From positions 64,001 to 128,000 of the forward strand of contig CAWJTV010000027.1 of the NCBI GenBank assembly GCA_963845755.1: a stretch of 64,000 nucleotides of DNA, given 5' to 3'. The DNA comes from an uncultured Planctomycetota bacterium. Its GTDB lineage: Bacteria; Planctomycetota; Planctomycetia; Isosphaerales; Isosphaeraceae. The notes below the pieces were generated by a model that worked only from the letters and a program-made list of their open reading frames with translations, was not told where the DNA came from and searched no databases. The position numbers were made by a program, and so were the translations under genes. Below are positions 19,917-31,951 of this stretch, piece after piece (positions within the stretch are counted from its first letter, which is position 1; the number at the start of each line of letters is the position of its first letter).

Positions 19917-21080
19917 ATGAGTGCCGAGCCGCAACCTGCCGCGACCGAACCGGCCGCGGAACCCGCCAGCCAGCCGCCATCGCCTCCCTCGTTGCGGGCG
20001 GTGCACACGCCGAATTTCCCGGCCTTGCTGCGGGGGCTCGGGGCCTCGTTGCTGGTCACCACCTACCAGGCGGGCAAGCTGGTGATGGTCCGCGACGAAG
20101 GCGACCACCTCAACACCCACTTCCGGACGTTCCAGGCCCCGATGGGTCTGGCACTGCGGGGCGATCGCCTGGCCATCGGCACGTCGGTGCAGGTCTGGGA
20201 GTACGTCGACGTGCCGGCCGTCACCTCCAAGCTCGAGCCGCCGGGCCGCCACGACGCCTGCTTCCTGCCCCGAAGCTGCCACGTGACCGGCAACATCCAG
20301 ATCCACGAGATGGCCTGGGGTACCGGCGAGGAGCTGTGGGTGGTCAACACCCGGTTCTCCTGCCTGTGCACGCTCGATCCGACGGCCAGCTTCACGCCGC
20401 GGTGGCGGCCGCCATTCGTCACGGCGCTGGAGCCGACGGACCGCTGCCACCTCAACGGTCTGGGTATAGTCGACGGCCGCCCTCGCTACGTGACGGCGCT
20501 GGGCCAGACCGACGCGCCGGCCGGCTGGCGGCCGGAGAAGGCCCGGGGCGGGATCGTGATGGACGTCGCCAGCGGCGTGGTGCTGGCCCAGGGGCTGTCG
20601 ATGCCGCACTCGCCCCGATGGTACGCCGGGCGGCTGTGGGTCTGCGAGTCGGGCACCGGGACGCTCGGCTACCTCGACGCGCGGACCGGCCAGTACCAGG
20701 CGATCGCGTCGACCCCAGGTTTCACCCGCGGGCTGGACTTCGCCGGGAACCTGGCCTTCGTCGGGCTTTCCCAGGTGCGGGAGACGGCCGTCTTCAGCGG
20801 CATCCCGATCACCGAGCGGCTCAAGCCGGAAGAGCGGACCTGCGGCGTCTGCGTCGTCGACCTGGCCCGCGGGGAACCGGTCGCCCTCTTGCGGTTCGAA
20901 GAGGGCGTGCAGGAGGTCTTCGCCGTCCAGGTGCTGCCCGGCAGGCGGTACCCGGAACTGGTCAACGACGACTCGAAACTGCTGGAGAACTCGTTCGTCG
21001 TTCCGGACGCGGCCCTGGTGGACGTACCCGCGGCCCTGCGGGGCTCGCCGGATCGTGCGACAACCGGCCCGGCGGCCTGA
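19917..21080 (+). CDS. TIGR03032/DUF4915 family protein (copy 2)
   Basis: 'SLLVTTYQAGKL', 'TGNIQIHE', 'VNTRFSCL', 'DRCHLNGL', 'MPHSPRW', 'PGFTRGL' and 'VGLSQVRE'. Confidence 0.92.
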   Translation: MSAEPQPAATEPAAEPASQPPSPPSLRAVHTPNFPALLRGLGASLLVTTYQAGKLVMVRDEGDHLNTHFRTFQAPMGLALRGDRLAIGTSVQVWEYVDVPAVTSKLEPPGRHDACFLPRSCHVTGNIQIHEMAWGTGEELWVVNTRFSCLCTLDPTASFTPRWRPPFVTALEPTDRCHLNGLGIVDGRPRYVTALGQTDAPAGWRPEKARGGIVMDVASGVVLAQGLSMPHSPRWYAGRLWVCESGTGTLGYLDARTGQYQAIASTPGFTRGLDFAGNLAFVGLSQVRETAVFSGIPITERLKPEERTCGVCVVDLARGEPVALLRFEEGVQEVFAVQVLPGRRYPELVNDDSKLLENSFVVPDAALVDVPAALRGSPDRATTGPAA

Positions 21081-21212
21081 ACTGACCGAGGCGATGGAAT
21101 TCGACATGATTCGACGACTGTTCATCCCTTTGAGACGAATGGGGTCGATCGTGAAACCGACGCGATCAGCCGGGGCACGCTGAGGCAACCGCAATCGCGA
21201 GTGCCGGCCCGG

Positions 21213-22512
21213 TCACAAGATCCCCAGGATCGCGGCGGTGAGAAGGACCAGGCCGCCGATGAGCAAGGGGGCGACCAACTGGCGGATCAGATGGCTGGGT
21301 TGGGCGTCGGACAATCGCGCCGAAACCATGACGACGGCCGCGGCGGGACTCATGGTGCGGCCGAAGTGGGCGCCCAGGGCCGCCAAGGTTCCCAGGCGGG
21401 TGGGGTCCAGCCCCATGGACGCGGCCGCGGGGACGAAGAACTCCATGACGGCGACGGCCGGCGCAATCCCCGTCCCCGAGATCACGGCCAGGCCGCAGGG
21501 CGCCGCCCAGGCGACGACCATCGCGATCGTGGGCCACGGACGGATCGCTCGGATGACCAGCTCGATCAGGCCGCTGAGCCGGACCCCTTCGGCGAATGTG
21601 GAGGCCGGCACGATCAGCGAGATCACGTGATAATATCCATAGCCCATACCCTCGAAGAATGCCGGCGCGAGTCCGACGAACGACTTCGGGGTGGTCAGGC
21701 CGGCGGCCACGACCCCGATCAGCATGGCCGCAAGGATCCTGGGTGGTCCCTCGATCGCGCGGAGCGGCGCATGTGCCGCCGAGCATCGGGTCGACAAACA
21801 GGATCAGGAGGGGCAAGAGCGGCACCAGGGCCTTGACCGGGTTGACGCGAAACGGCGCCTCCTTCTCCGCGTCGGCGGGCTGATCCCCGGACGCGGCAAC
21901 GTTCGGTCCCCGCGTGCGACGGACCGCCAAGAACCAGAAGGCCGCCAGCGCCGCGGTGCAGGCCGCGAGGTTCAAGCCGGACGACCGCGCGACGAGCAGG
22001 CCGCCGGGGAGGCCCGTTAGCTGGGCGAGCTTGCGCATCTCGACCGCCCCGGGATTGAAGAGCTCACCGCCCATCGAGGCGCCCAGGAGCAGGACGGCCC
22101 CGGCCTGTGCCGGTCCGAGACCGGCGGCCCGGAGCAGCGGAATCAGGATCGGACCGAGGACCGACGCCGTCCCCGCCTGGCTCACGATCGTGGTGTTGAT
22201 CAGATAGCCGGAAGCGATCCCTCCCGGGATCAACAGGACCCGGACCCGTCGCAACGGCTGCACCAGGAGCTGAACGAGGTGCTGGTCGCACTTCGTCATG
22301 CGGAGCACGAAGGCGAATCCCATGGCCGAACCGATCGGCACCACCGTCAGAGGATTGGCCATCTCGGCGACCATCTTGACGAGCATCGCGGGCAACCCGC
22401 CCCTGGCCAGGAAGAGCGGGATCGCGCCGAGCAAGAGCACCAGGCGGACGTCGAGTCCGCGCGCGACCAGGCCCGTCACCAGGATGAGGTCAACGATCGC
22501 AATCGCAATCAC
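21213..22512 (-). CDS. C4-dicarboxylate transporter, DcuC family (frameshift near 21790)
   Basis: Polytopic membrane protein with 'MGFAFVL..T.CDQHLV', 'SQAGTA', 'LFNPG' and 'GRTMSPAAAV'. Confidence 0.8.
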
Positions 22513-22888
22513 GGCCCGCGATCCCGACGCCGTGTCTCCCGAACCGGCCGTCCCGGTGGGCTGGCGCCGAAGGCCGCCGACCCGGCCAGTACCACCGCCA
22601 GCACCAGAACCCCGGCCACCATCCCGGACCGCGGGCTCCCGAGAATGCGCCATCTCACGGACAACCCCGGATCAAAGAGAATCTCGCATCGCTCCGGTCC
22701 CATTGTACGAGACTCCCGCCGATTTGACAGAAACTTCGTCCGGGTTCAGACCAATCCTATTGACCGGCCATCCGCGAGGCTGCTTGGTTGCGTGACGACC
22801 CAAAGCGTTCGATATCATTTGATTGATCGCCTCGTTGGCCTTAAGCTGTCTTGCACGGTCTCGACCGCCCTCACTCTTTCGAGCCGAG

Positions 22889-25800
22889 ATGAGAAAGGTC
22901 TGCGAAGGTTCTTCCCAGGAGTTTGACTTGCAAAACGGTGATCAACCCAATCCCCGGGTCAACCTGACGGACCAACGACTCGGGGCCGAAGATGAGGCCA
23001 CCGAGCCGGGGACCCTCCGGGCCAACCGGGATCAGCCGGCACCGGTAGCCGGTTCGGCGAGCGAAGGTCGGCCCGCCACGGCGCGGTTGAACATCCCGGG
23101 TTATGAGGTCTTGCGAGAACTGGGACACGGGGGGATGGGCGTTGTTTACGAAGCCATCGATCGGGCACGCAACGCGCGTGTGGCGCTCAAGACCGTCCGC
23201 CAGAAAGACGCGGCGGCGATCTATCGTTTCAAGCAGGAGTTCCGCGCGCTCGCGGACCTGTCCCACCCCAACTTGATCCCGCTCTACGAGCTTTCCGTGA
23301 CGGGCGATGAGTGGTTTCTCACCATGCCGCTCATCGACGGTGTCGACTTCCTGTCGTATGTCCGACCGGAGCCCGGCCGGCGGATCGTGGAATGGGGGCC
23401 CAGCAGCCCGGGCGTCGCGACGACGGGTCAGGCCCAAACCACCCAGCAGACGGCCGGCTCCGAGGGCGGAGCCACGGCCGATCGCGCGAGCGGGCTCGAA
23501 CCCAAGACGCAGCCTGAGCCGGCGCCCGGCGCTCGCGCCGAAACGGCGACCACGGAGCTGGGCGGGGACCTGGAGACACGCGGTCGCGAGACCCGCGAAC
23601 CCAAGACGGACCCTTTCTATGAAGGCACGACCTTCGACATATCTCGATCTGCCCAGGCGAAGCCGCTGAAACCGGGACGGATCGGTTTTCGAAGGCGACG
23701 GTCGGATAACCCCCTGGATCTCGGCCGCTTGCGCCGGGCACTTCCCCAGTTGGCCCGAGGCGTGCTCGCCCTGCATGGCGCCGGCAAACTCCACCGCGAC
23801 ATCAAGCCGTCCAATGTCCTGGTCCGCGACGACGGCACGGTCCTGCTCCTGGATTTTGGCCTGGTGGCCGAGCGCGTGGCGATGCCGGGCAGTCCGGAGA
23901 GCTCCGAATCCGGGCCGCTTTATGAGTATGAGTCGGAGAACAGCCTCGCGGGCACGGCGGCCTACATGGCCCCCGAGCAGGCCGCCGGCGAACCCCTGAG
24001 TCCCGCCAGCGATTGGTACGCCGTGGGCGTGATGCTCTTCGAATCGCTGACGGGCTGGCTCCCGTTTCAAGGTCGGGTCCGCGAGGTCCTGCTGGCGAAG
24101 CGGAAGGCGGAGGCGGTCTCGCCCATCAGCCTGGATCCTTCCGTACCGGCCGATCTGAATCAACTCTGTATCGACCTGCTGCGCCGCAATCCGGCCGAGC
24201 GCGTGAGCGGGCCCGAAATCCTGGCCCGGTTGGGTGAGGACGTGTCGGGGGAGACGACGACCGAGGGCGAGGTCGCGGCTCCCGCGATCCCCCTGGTGGG
24301 GCGGCGGAAGGAGCTGGATTTCCTGGACGCGTCGTTCGCCGAGGTGCTGGCCGGCAAGGCCACGACCGTGGAAGTCCAGGGCCGATCGGGGGCCGGCAAG
24401 ACGTCGCTGGTCCAGCACTTCCTGGAGACGCTGGCGGCGCGGCGGGATGTGGTCGTGCTCACCGGCCGATGCTTCGAACAGGAGTCCATACCCTACAAGG
24501 GGGTGGACCAGTTGGTTGACGCCCTCACGCGATACCTGGGCCGGCTCCGGCCGCCCGAGGCGCAGGCCCTGTTGCCCCGCGAGATCGGGGCGCTGGCGCG
24601 GATCTTTCCGGTGCTGGGCCGCGTGGAGGCCGTGGCGGCGACCGGGCCGAAAGCCGTGGATTATCCGGATCTGCAAGAACTGCGAAACCGCGCGTTTCGG
24701 CGCCTGCGCGAGCTGCTGGCTCGCCTTGCCGGCGACCACCCCTTGGTCCTCTGCATCGACGACATCCAGTGGGGCGACACCGACAGCGCCGCGCTCCTCA
24801 CCGAGATCCTCAGGCCGCCGGACCCGCCGCGCCTGCTGTTGCTGGCCTGTTACCGCAGCGAATACCTCGAGACGAGCGCGTGCCTGAAGGCCTTGAAGGC
24901 CGCGCTGCACGCGGACGATCCGGTGACCCTCCACCGCGAGCTGCGGATCGAGCCACTGCCGCCGGAGGCCGCGGCGAGCTGGCACTCCTGCTGCTGCCAG
25001 CCCACGGGCCCGACCCGGCCGCGCGTGCCGAACACATCGGCGCGAGTCGGGCGGGAACCCGTATTTCGTCTATGAGCTGGCTCGACACGTGATGGAAGGT
25101 GTGGATCTGCCCTCCCACCGACACGGGATCAATCTCGATGACGTGTTGTGGACGCGGATCGAGCGGCTGCCCGAGGAGTCGCGGCGGTTCCTGGAAACGC
25201 TGGCGGTGGCCGGCCAGCCGATCAAGGTGGGCCTGGCTTATGCGGCGAGCGACCTGATGACGGCGCAGCATCAGGTCGTCGCCCTGTTGCGGTCCGGCCG
25301 CCTGGTGCGCGGGACCGGCCCGCATCTGGACGACGACATCGAGACCTACCACGATCGCATCCGCGAGGTCGTCATCGCTCGGCTCGAGCCGGGCGCCGGG
25401 CCCACCATCACGGCCGGCTGGCCGTCACGCTGGAGGCCGCCAGTGCCGCCGATCCTGAGACGCTCGCGGTCCACTTCGAGGGCGCCGAGCGCGTCATCGA
25501 GGCGGGCCGATATTATGCCGAAGCGGCCGACCTGGCCGCCCGCGCCCTGGCCTTCGACCGGGCCGCCAAACTCTATCGGAAGTCGATCGAGCTGCGACCC
25601 CTCCCCGGCGACGACGGCCGTCGGCTGCGCGTTCGCCTGGCCGAGGCGCTGGCGAACGCGGGCTGCTGTGCCGAGGCGGCCGACGAGTACCTGCTCGCCG
25701 CGGAGACGGCCGAGACCGCGGAACGCATCGAGCTCGAGCGCCGGGCGGCGTTCCAGTACTGCGCGGGCGGTCAGATGGATGCCGGGCGCACGCGCGTTGC

Positions 25801-27105
25801 GCACGGTCCTCGGCCGGGTCGGCATGAGGCTCCCCGACAGCAAGCGGCATGCGATTCCCATGCTGCTGTGGAACCGGCTCCGACTCTCCCTCCGCGGCCT
25901 GGCCTTTCGCGAGCGCGAGGCCGCCATGATCCCCGCCGACGAGCTGACCCGGATCGACCTGGCCTGGTCGGTCGGCACGGGTCTGGCCTCGAAGAACACC
26001 CTGATCGGCCCTGCATTTCAATCGCTGAACCTGCTCCTGGCCCTGCGCCGGCGAGCCTCATCGCATCGCGCGGGCCCTGTGCTGGGAGGCCACCCAGGTC
26101 TCGATCGACGGCATGTCGGCGTACCGGCGCACGGCCGATCTCCTGGAAGCCGCCGAAACGCTCGGCCGGCGCCTCGACCAGCCCTACGTCTACGGCATGA
26201 TCGCGATGGCCAAGGGGTACCGCGACTTCTGTCTCGGCCGGTGGCGGAGCGGCCGGCTCTGCCTGGAAGAGGCCATCGGCATCTTTCGCGAGCGATGCAC
26301 CGGGGCCGCCTGCGAGCACGGACAGGCGAACACCTATTATCTCTGGTGCACCTCCTACGAAGGGGACTGGCCCGAGGTGCGCCGGCGCTCTGCGCGGTTG
26401 CTCAAGGAGGCCCAGGAGAAAGGCGACCTCTTCACCCAGGTCAACCTGGGCACGTTCATGGAGCCGCTCTCCCGCCTTGCGGCAGATCGGCCCGACGAGG
26501 CCCGCGAGGTCATCGCCGACTCGATCCGCCGCTGGTCGCGCGAAGAGTTCAATGTTCAGAACATGACTGCGCTTATGGGATCGACCTACGTGGACCTGTA
26601 TTGCGGCGATCCCCGGGCGACTTACGACCGGCACTGCAACCAATGGCCTGCCCTCCAAGGTTCGTTCCTGATGCATTCGCAGATCTGCCGGCTCCTGGTC
26701 GCCGAGCTGCGCGCGCCCGGTCCGCCCTCGGCGTGGCCGACTCGAGCCGGAACCCGGCCCCGCTGCTGCGCGAAGTCGATCGGCGGGCTCGGCGGATCGA
26801 GCGGGAAAACATGCCTTATGGAAATGCCCTGGCCCTGCTCTTGCGCGGGCGCGGCCGTCATCCGGCGCGACCAGGCCCAGGCGGAGCGTTGTTTATCCGA
26901 GGCGGCTCGCGCGTTCGACAGCGTCCCGATGCACCTCTTCGCCGCCGTGGCGCGCCGCCGGCTGGGGGAGCTGCGCGGCGGCTCGGAAGGGCGGGAACTC
27001 ATCGCCGCCAGCACCCAGTGGATGCGCGACCATGAGATCCAGAATCCCGACCGGATGACGGCGGCCATCACGCCCTGGACGCCACGCTTCCGCAGTGGTC
27101 CGTGA
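22889..27105 (+). CDS. Ser/Thr kinase-AAA ATPase-helical repeat protein (several frameshifts 24980-26850)
   Basis: GHGGMG, VALKT, HRDIKPSN, DFGL and YMAPEQ. Walker A 'GRSGAGKT' and Walker B 'LCIDDIQWGD'. The continuation 'YHDRIRE', 'LAFDRAA' and 'IQNPDRM' lies in successive frames. Confidence 0.85.
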
Positions 27106-27135
27106 ATACCAATTGGCTTCGTCTTTACGGCCTCG

Positions 27136-28518
27136 TCAGGGCATGGGGATGTCGTTGAATTCGAAGGGGACATTGATCGCGGCGCGCGTCAGGGTGTGAT
27201 ATCGCAGCTCCTTGAGCGAAGTGGACGTGGGCAGGTTGGCCAGCGTGAGGGTCGCACGGGACGTCTCGGAATTGACCGTGGAAAGGAACCAGGGAATCAC
27301 GCGGCCCTGGGAATCGAAGATCTCCAGTTGGAGGCGCTGGGTCTCGGGGCGGTAGACAGCATTGAAGGCGTCGGGCTCGGCGATTTCCGCGGTCGTCGCG
27401 CGTTCCTTGGGCTTGACGGACAGCTCGATGAGCGTCTGGCGAGCCGCGGGAATGGGCCGGATCTCATGGATGGTCAGCTCGACATCGGCGTTCTCGAACC
27501 GTTTGTCGGTGCCCTGGTTGAGGGGCACGACCAGGGGGTCGGGGTGGCGGGACGAGACGGTCAACGGGATGAAACCGCGGAGTTTCTTGATCTTGGTCCC
27601 GGCCCCGTCGGGCCGATGGAGCGGCGCCTGGAGCTGCATGACCGATCCGTTGAGCACGCCGAAGTAGTTGACGACCGGACTGCCGTCGTCCGAGGGGAGC
27701 AACGAGTGACCCCGGTCGTCTTCCGCTTCGACCACATGAAGCGTGCCGTTCTGGCTCAGGGATAACCGCGGTTCGGCCGTCACGACCAGGTGGGCCGTGA
27801 ACTGGACGCGCGTCTCCGGCTTCGGCCGGGCCGACGCAGCGCCTTGCGGCCGACGGCCCGCGGCGTTCAGTCTATTGCCCAACGGCGGTCGCAAGCCCGC
27901 GCCTACCACCGCATAGTTGAGGTGTCGCTCGTAGTCGAGGCTCAGAAGACTGACGCGGAACGGGCCGTCATCCGAGCTCGGCATGATCGGCCGCATCGCG
28001 CCGTCGGTCAGGGGAAAGGTCGCCTCACGGGGGCTCAGCGCGCCGTGGATCGATGGATTGTGCTGGAGCTGAGCGGCCTCGCAGAGTTGATCGATGGCTT
28101 TCCAGAAGGGGACCGGATCGGCCTGACGGAGCGTCACCCGCTGATATTTCCACTTGGCGAGGTTTTCGGGATAGAGGGCAACCTTGAAGCCGGTCTGCTG
28201 GCTGAGGGACCGGACAACCTGGGTCAGCGGGGCGTTATCGAAGTCGAGCCGGACCCGGCTGGGCTGGGTCAAGAGGGAGCCCTCGATCTTCTGGATGAGG
28301 TGGGACGCACGGGTCCGGATCTCCGGATCGTGCGCATCCCGGACGGCGCGGAGGACGGTCAGCGCGGGTCGTCCGAGTTGTTCCAGAGCCTTGCCGGCGG
28401 CTTCCCGTTCCGCATAGCGACCCGCGCCGAGCTGGCCCACCAGGTCGGCGAGGTCGGCCTGTGCCCGCGGCGCCTGCCCGATCAACACCAGCAGCCAGAG
28501 CTTTGCAACGAGCATCAC
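27136..28518 (-). CDS. Secreted hypothetical protein with N-terminal HEAT-like repeat
   Basis: Signal peptide and 'LGAGRYAEREAAGKALEQLGRPAL...DPEIRTRA', followed by a beta-rich region. Confidence 0.8.
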   Translation of the reverse strand: MMLVAKLWLLVLIGQAPRAQADLADLVGQLGAGRYAEREAAGKALEQLGRPALTVLRAVRDAHDPEIRTRASHLIQKIEGSLLTQPSRVRLDFDNAPLTQVVRSLSQQTGFKVALYPENLAKWKYQRVTLRQADPVPFWKAIDQLCEAAQLQHNPSIHGALSPREATFPLTDGAMRPIMPSSDDGPFRVSLLSLDYERHLNYAVVGAGLRPPLGNRLNAAGRRPQGAASARPKPETRVQFTAHLVVTAEPRLSLSQNGTLHVVEAEDDRGHSLLPSDDGSPVVNYFGVLNGSVMQLQAPLHRPDGAGTKIKKLRGFIPLTVSSRHPDPLVVPLNQGTDKRFENADVELTIHEIRPIPAARQTLIELSVKPKERATTAEIAEPDAFNAVYRPETQRLQLEIFDSQGRVIPWFLSTVNSETSRATLTLANLPTSTSLKELRYHTLTRAAINVPFEFNDIPMP

Positions 28519-28540
28519 GTGTTCCCTTCCCCGTTCTTGG

Positions 28541-28654
28541 AAGGCTGAAGGATGAGTTAAGGCCGGTCTGGTTCTGACTCAGCCTTCATCCCTCAGCCTT
28601 TCCCCGAAGCCCTCAACCTTTCCAACGATTCTCACTCATCCTTCATCCTTCATC
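28541..28654. repeat. Intergenic heptamer (AAGGATG/AAGGCTG) inverted-repeat element
   Basis: AAGGCTG-AAGGATG at 28541 faces CTCAGCCTTCATCCCTCAGCCTT at 28578-28600 and CTCATCCTTCATCCTTCATC at 28635-28654. Confidence 0.65.
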
Positions 28655-28664
28655 GTTCCCAGGA

Positions 28665-31065
28665 TCAGTCGTTCAGCTCCTCATCGAGCTCCGAGGTGTT
28701 GCTGAGCAAGGTGAAGTTCTCGAAATTGGCGGTGAAGGGCTGGGCCGAGATGTTCGACGCGCTGAGGCCGACCTTGACCCTGGAGGGCAGGCTGAAGGCG
28801 AAGTCGCGGAAGGTGAAGATCTGATTGGTCCCTTTCGGCTCGAACAGGCATTTGATCCGGTTCTTACGCCTCTGGAGGATCAGGACCAGGTCGGTCTCGG
28901 GCAGATTCAGGTAGATGGGGTCCATCGCCTGCTTCCCATCCTTGACGGCTTCGATGACGAGGCGATGGACGGGCGTCAGCGAGCGGGTGACGATGCTCGC
29001 GGCCCGTTCGAGCCGGAAGAAGTTATTCTTGTCCTGGTAGACGATCAACCCCGCGCTCTGGAACGTGAACCCCAGCCCGCGGACCTGCCGCTCCCGGGGT
29101 GGAGTCGAGCCCGGATTCATCTCGCCGCTGACCTGGACGACGCTCACGAAGTCCCCCTCCACGTCGGTCAGGGTCATCGGGGCGTTGTTGATCGGCCGAT
29201 TCGAGTTGTCGGTGAGTTTCGGCGAGAGGGTATGCAACTTCCCCGGGATATCGATCGTGATCTTGTAATGCTGGTCGTCCTTGAACAACCGACAGTCCTT
29301 GGCCGGGTCGATCAGGGGCCCGAGTTTCTTGATGCTCGGGGCCCGGGCGAGATTGAAGATGCGTTCCACCCCGCCCGCGGGCCGGATCCGGCCGGGCTTC
29401 TCGGGGAGGGTGACCTCCTTGGGCTTGGAGTAGTGCAATCGGCCCCGGAGATCGCGATGGGCCGTCTGGACCAGGATTTTCCGGGCGCCGAGGCCCGCGC
29501 CGCTCGAGCGCGACCTGGACCTGGCCGGTAGCGGTCGGCGTCCGGGCGTCGCGCTGGAGCTCGAACGCCTTGGTCTTGGGCAAGGCCGGCCAGTTGCCGT
29601 GGCTATCGGGGTTGAGCGTGCCGACGGCGGAGGCGGGCGCGGCGTGAACGACCACGCCGCCGACCTGGATATGCGGGTTAACCAGCAGCGCCTTGACCTG
29701 GAGGCTGGCCATCCCCTGCTGGCTGGACGGCTCGAGGGTCAGCTCTACCGAGCCGACCCGGCCGTCGAGCGCCCGCCGCACTTCCTCGGCCGTAACGGCG
29801 AATCCGATCGTATCCACCGACCCCACCTTGGCCACGGCCACGCCGAAGAGCTTACCGGTCTTCTCGTCGATGATCGGGCCGCCGCTGTTGCCCGGCTGGA
29901 GCGAACCGTCTACTTGGAGCAGGTCGATATGCCCGTAAGGGTCCCGCTGGAGCCGCGAGATCAGCCCGCCGGTAATCGTGACCTCGGGGTTGCCCTTGCT
30001 CTCGGTGACCTTGCTGAGCATCCCGCCCAGCGGGAAGCCGGCCCCGATATACGTCATTCCCGAGGACGGTTCCAGCCGGTGGCTGGGATCGATCGGCGCC
30101 GGCGGCTGATTCAACCCCTTGATCAGCAAGAACGCCAGGTCCGTCTTCATCTCGTTGGAGAGATCGGCGGAGACGATCTCGGCCGGGAGGGCCTGCTCCT
30201 CCGGGAGTCCGCTCCGGAAGACGGCTTCGATCGTCGGCACGCTCCCCTCGGGAAAGAGGCCGTGGGGCAGCTCGGAGAGGTCGGGCACGGCGACGTGCCG
30301 GTTGGTCGCCACGAGCACCCGATCGCCGTTGACCTCGATCACGAATCCGCTCCCCGACGAGACAGTCTTCCCGGAGATCTTGTTCTTGATGTAGACCGAA
30401 GCATCCTTGAGCTGACGGAGGATCTCCTGGTGATCGGGAGGCGAGGCCGCCGCGGAGATCGAGGCCGAAGGCGCGGGCGTGGTCACGGTGAGCGAGGGAG
30501 TTGGCGTCGGAGCCACCGCGGCCCGGTTCTCGCCCGAGACGGCCGTCAGCGCCGTCGGGGTGATCCCCGGGGCGGAGGGTGCCGGGGCCGGTGCCTGCGA
30601 GACCGACGGTGCCTCCGGTTGAGCCGCGAACTCGGCCTTGGCAATCGGCGCGGGCTGTCCTCCCCCACCGCCGCCGCGCGACAGCACCAGGGTCAGGATC
30701 ACACCCAGCAAGACGATCACCAGCCCGCTGACCCCCAGCAGTGCATACAGGAGAACGTGGTTCCCGGCCGCGGCTGGGGCACCGGCCGGCGCAGGAGCTG
30801 ACCGCCGACGGCCGGCGGGACCGAGGGCTCCCGACGGTGCGCCACGGACGACGTCGCCCTCATCATGACGCGCCGGACCGGATGCGTTCGATGGCGACCC
30901 GGCCGGCCGACGTGCCCCCGGGGCCGGTGCGGAACCCGACTGGCCGGCGTCCGCGCCGACGTCGAAGACCACGCCGCACTTGGGGCAGCGGATCCGCGCG
31001 ACCTTTGCATCGTCCGGGACGGCCCCCTTCGACTGGCATGATGGGCAGGTTACCACCCGGGCCAT
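28665..31065 (-). CDS. Membrane-anchored trypsin-like (S1C) serine protease with N-terminal zinc ribbon and C-terminal DUF1349/ConA-like domain (frameshift near 29490)
   Basis: CPSC..CPKC, a TM helix, 'GSGFVI', 'TNRHV', 'DLAFL' and 'PGNSGGP'. The C-terminal ORF 28665-29438 has 'NAPMTL..VEGDF...QSAGLIVYQD..NFFRLER'. Confidence 0.85.
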
Positions 31066-31951
31066 GGCGCCCTCCTGTCGGGTTGTCCGCCTGAGCTGGG
31101 AAACGGAGAGAAACGACCGAAATGCCCGCAATCTGCCGTGGGGTCCCGGCGTCCCCTGCGTTTTCCGGAGAGGCCGACGGGATCTTAGGACTCCCGGAAA
31201 CGACTCCCTTCGCGTTCGCGAGTCGTTCATTATTCGAACGACTCGGACCGCCCATTGCAAGCAAGAAACCCCGGGACCATGGGTTTTTGCGTGGGCACCT
31301 TGAGAATCCTTGGAAGACACATCACGTTTTCGTGATCGCCGGGACACCGGGATCGTCGTCGGTGTTCGTCGCGACGGACACGCTCCCGTGCCATGCCCTG
31401 GGACGCCGGGGGTCGCATGGCCCCATCGGCGATCGCGACGCGGGTTTTCCGGCCTTGAGGACGTGATCGGGGCGTGGCACAAACTGTCACTCGTGGGCAG
31501 CATTTTGACGAGGCCCCCTCGTCCCACTCGCCGTTTTCCGCCCGGGAACCGGGCCGGCCGGCGTGCCCTCGGGGGGCGAGGAAGTGAGCAGGATCGACCA
31601 AGGGGATTCCGACTGTGAGGACGGACGACTTGGGCACGCCGGCACGATGCCGTGGCGCCGAACTTCGACAGCGGATGGCGTCACGCACCATCCCGATACT
31701 ATCAGGATGCCTCAAGTTTGAAATTTCGTTAATGCACCTACGGCGAAATCGGGCGTTCCTCGCGGTGGAACTCCTGGCGCTACCACGAGATGAAGAAATC
31801 GAAAAAAATTTTGAGCCTGTAGACTGCGCCACCGGACCGGGTGCTCGGCCCGTGGTCACCGCCGACTCCAGGTCTGACCCGCCGATTCCCGTGCGCATTC
31901 CAAATCGTGAGCCGCGCGAGCCGGCCGGAATCCTTGAGGATGGCCCGCGGC

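Noticed and set aside
31066..31950. Long intergenic regions (also 3660-4190, 43040-43660, 56690-57110) as ncRNA or tRNA loci
   Set aside because: No tRNA cloverleaf or recognisable riboswitch consensus was found by eye.
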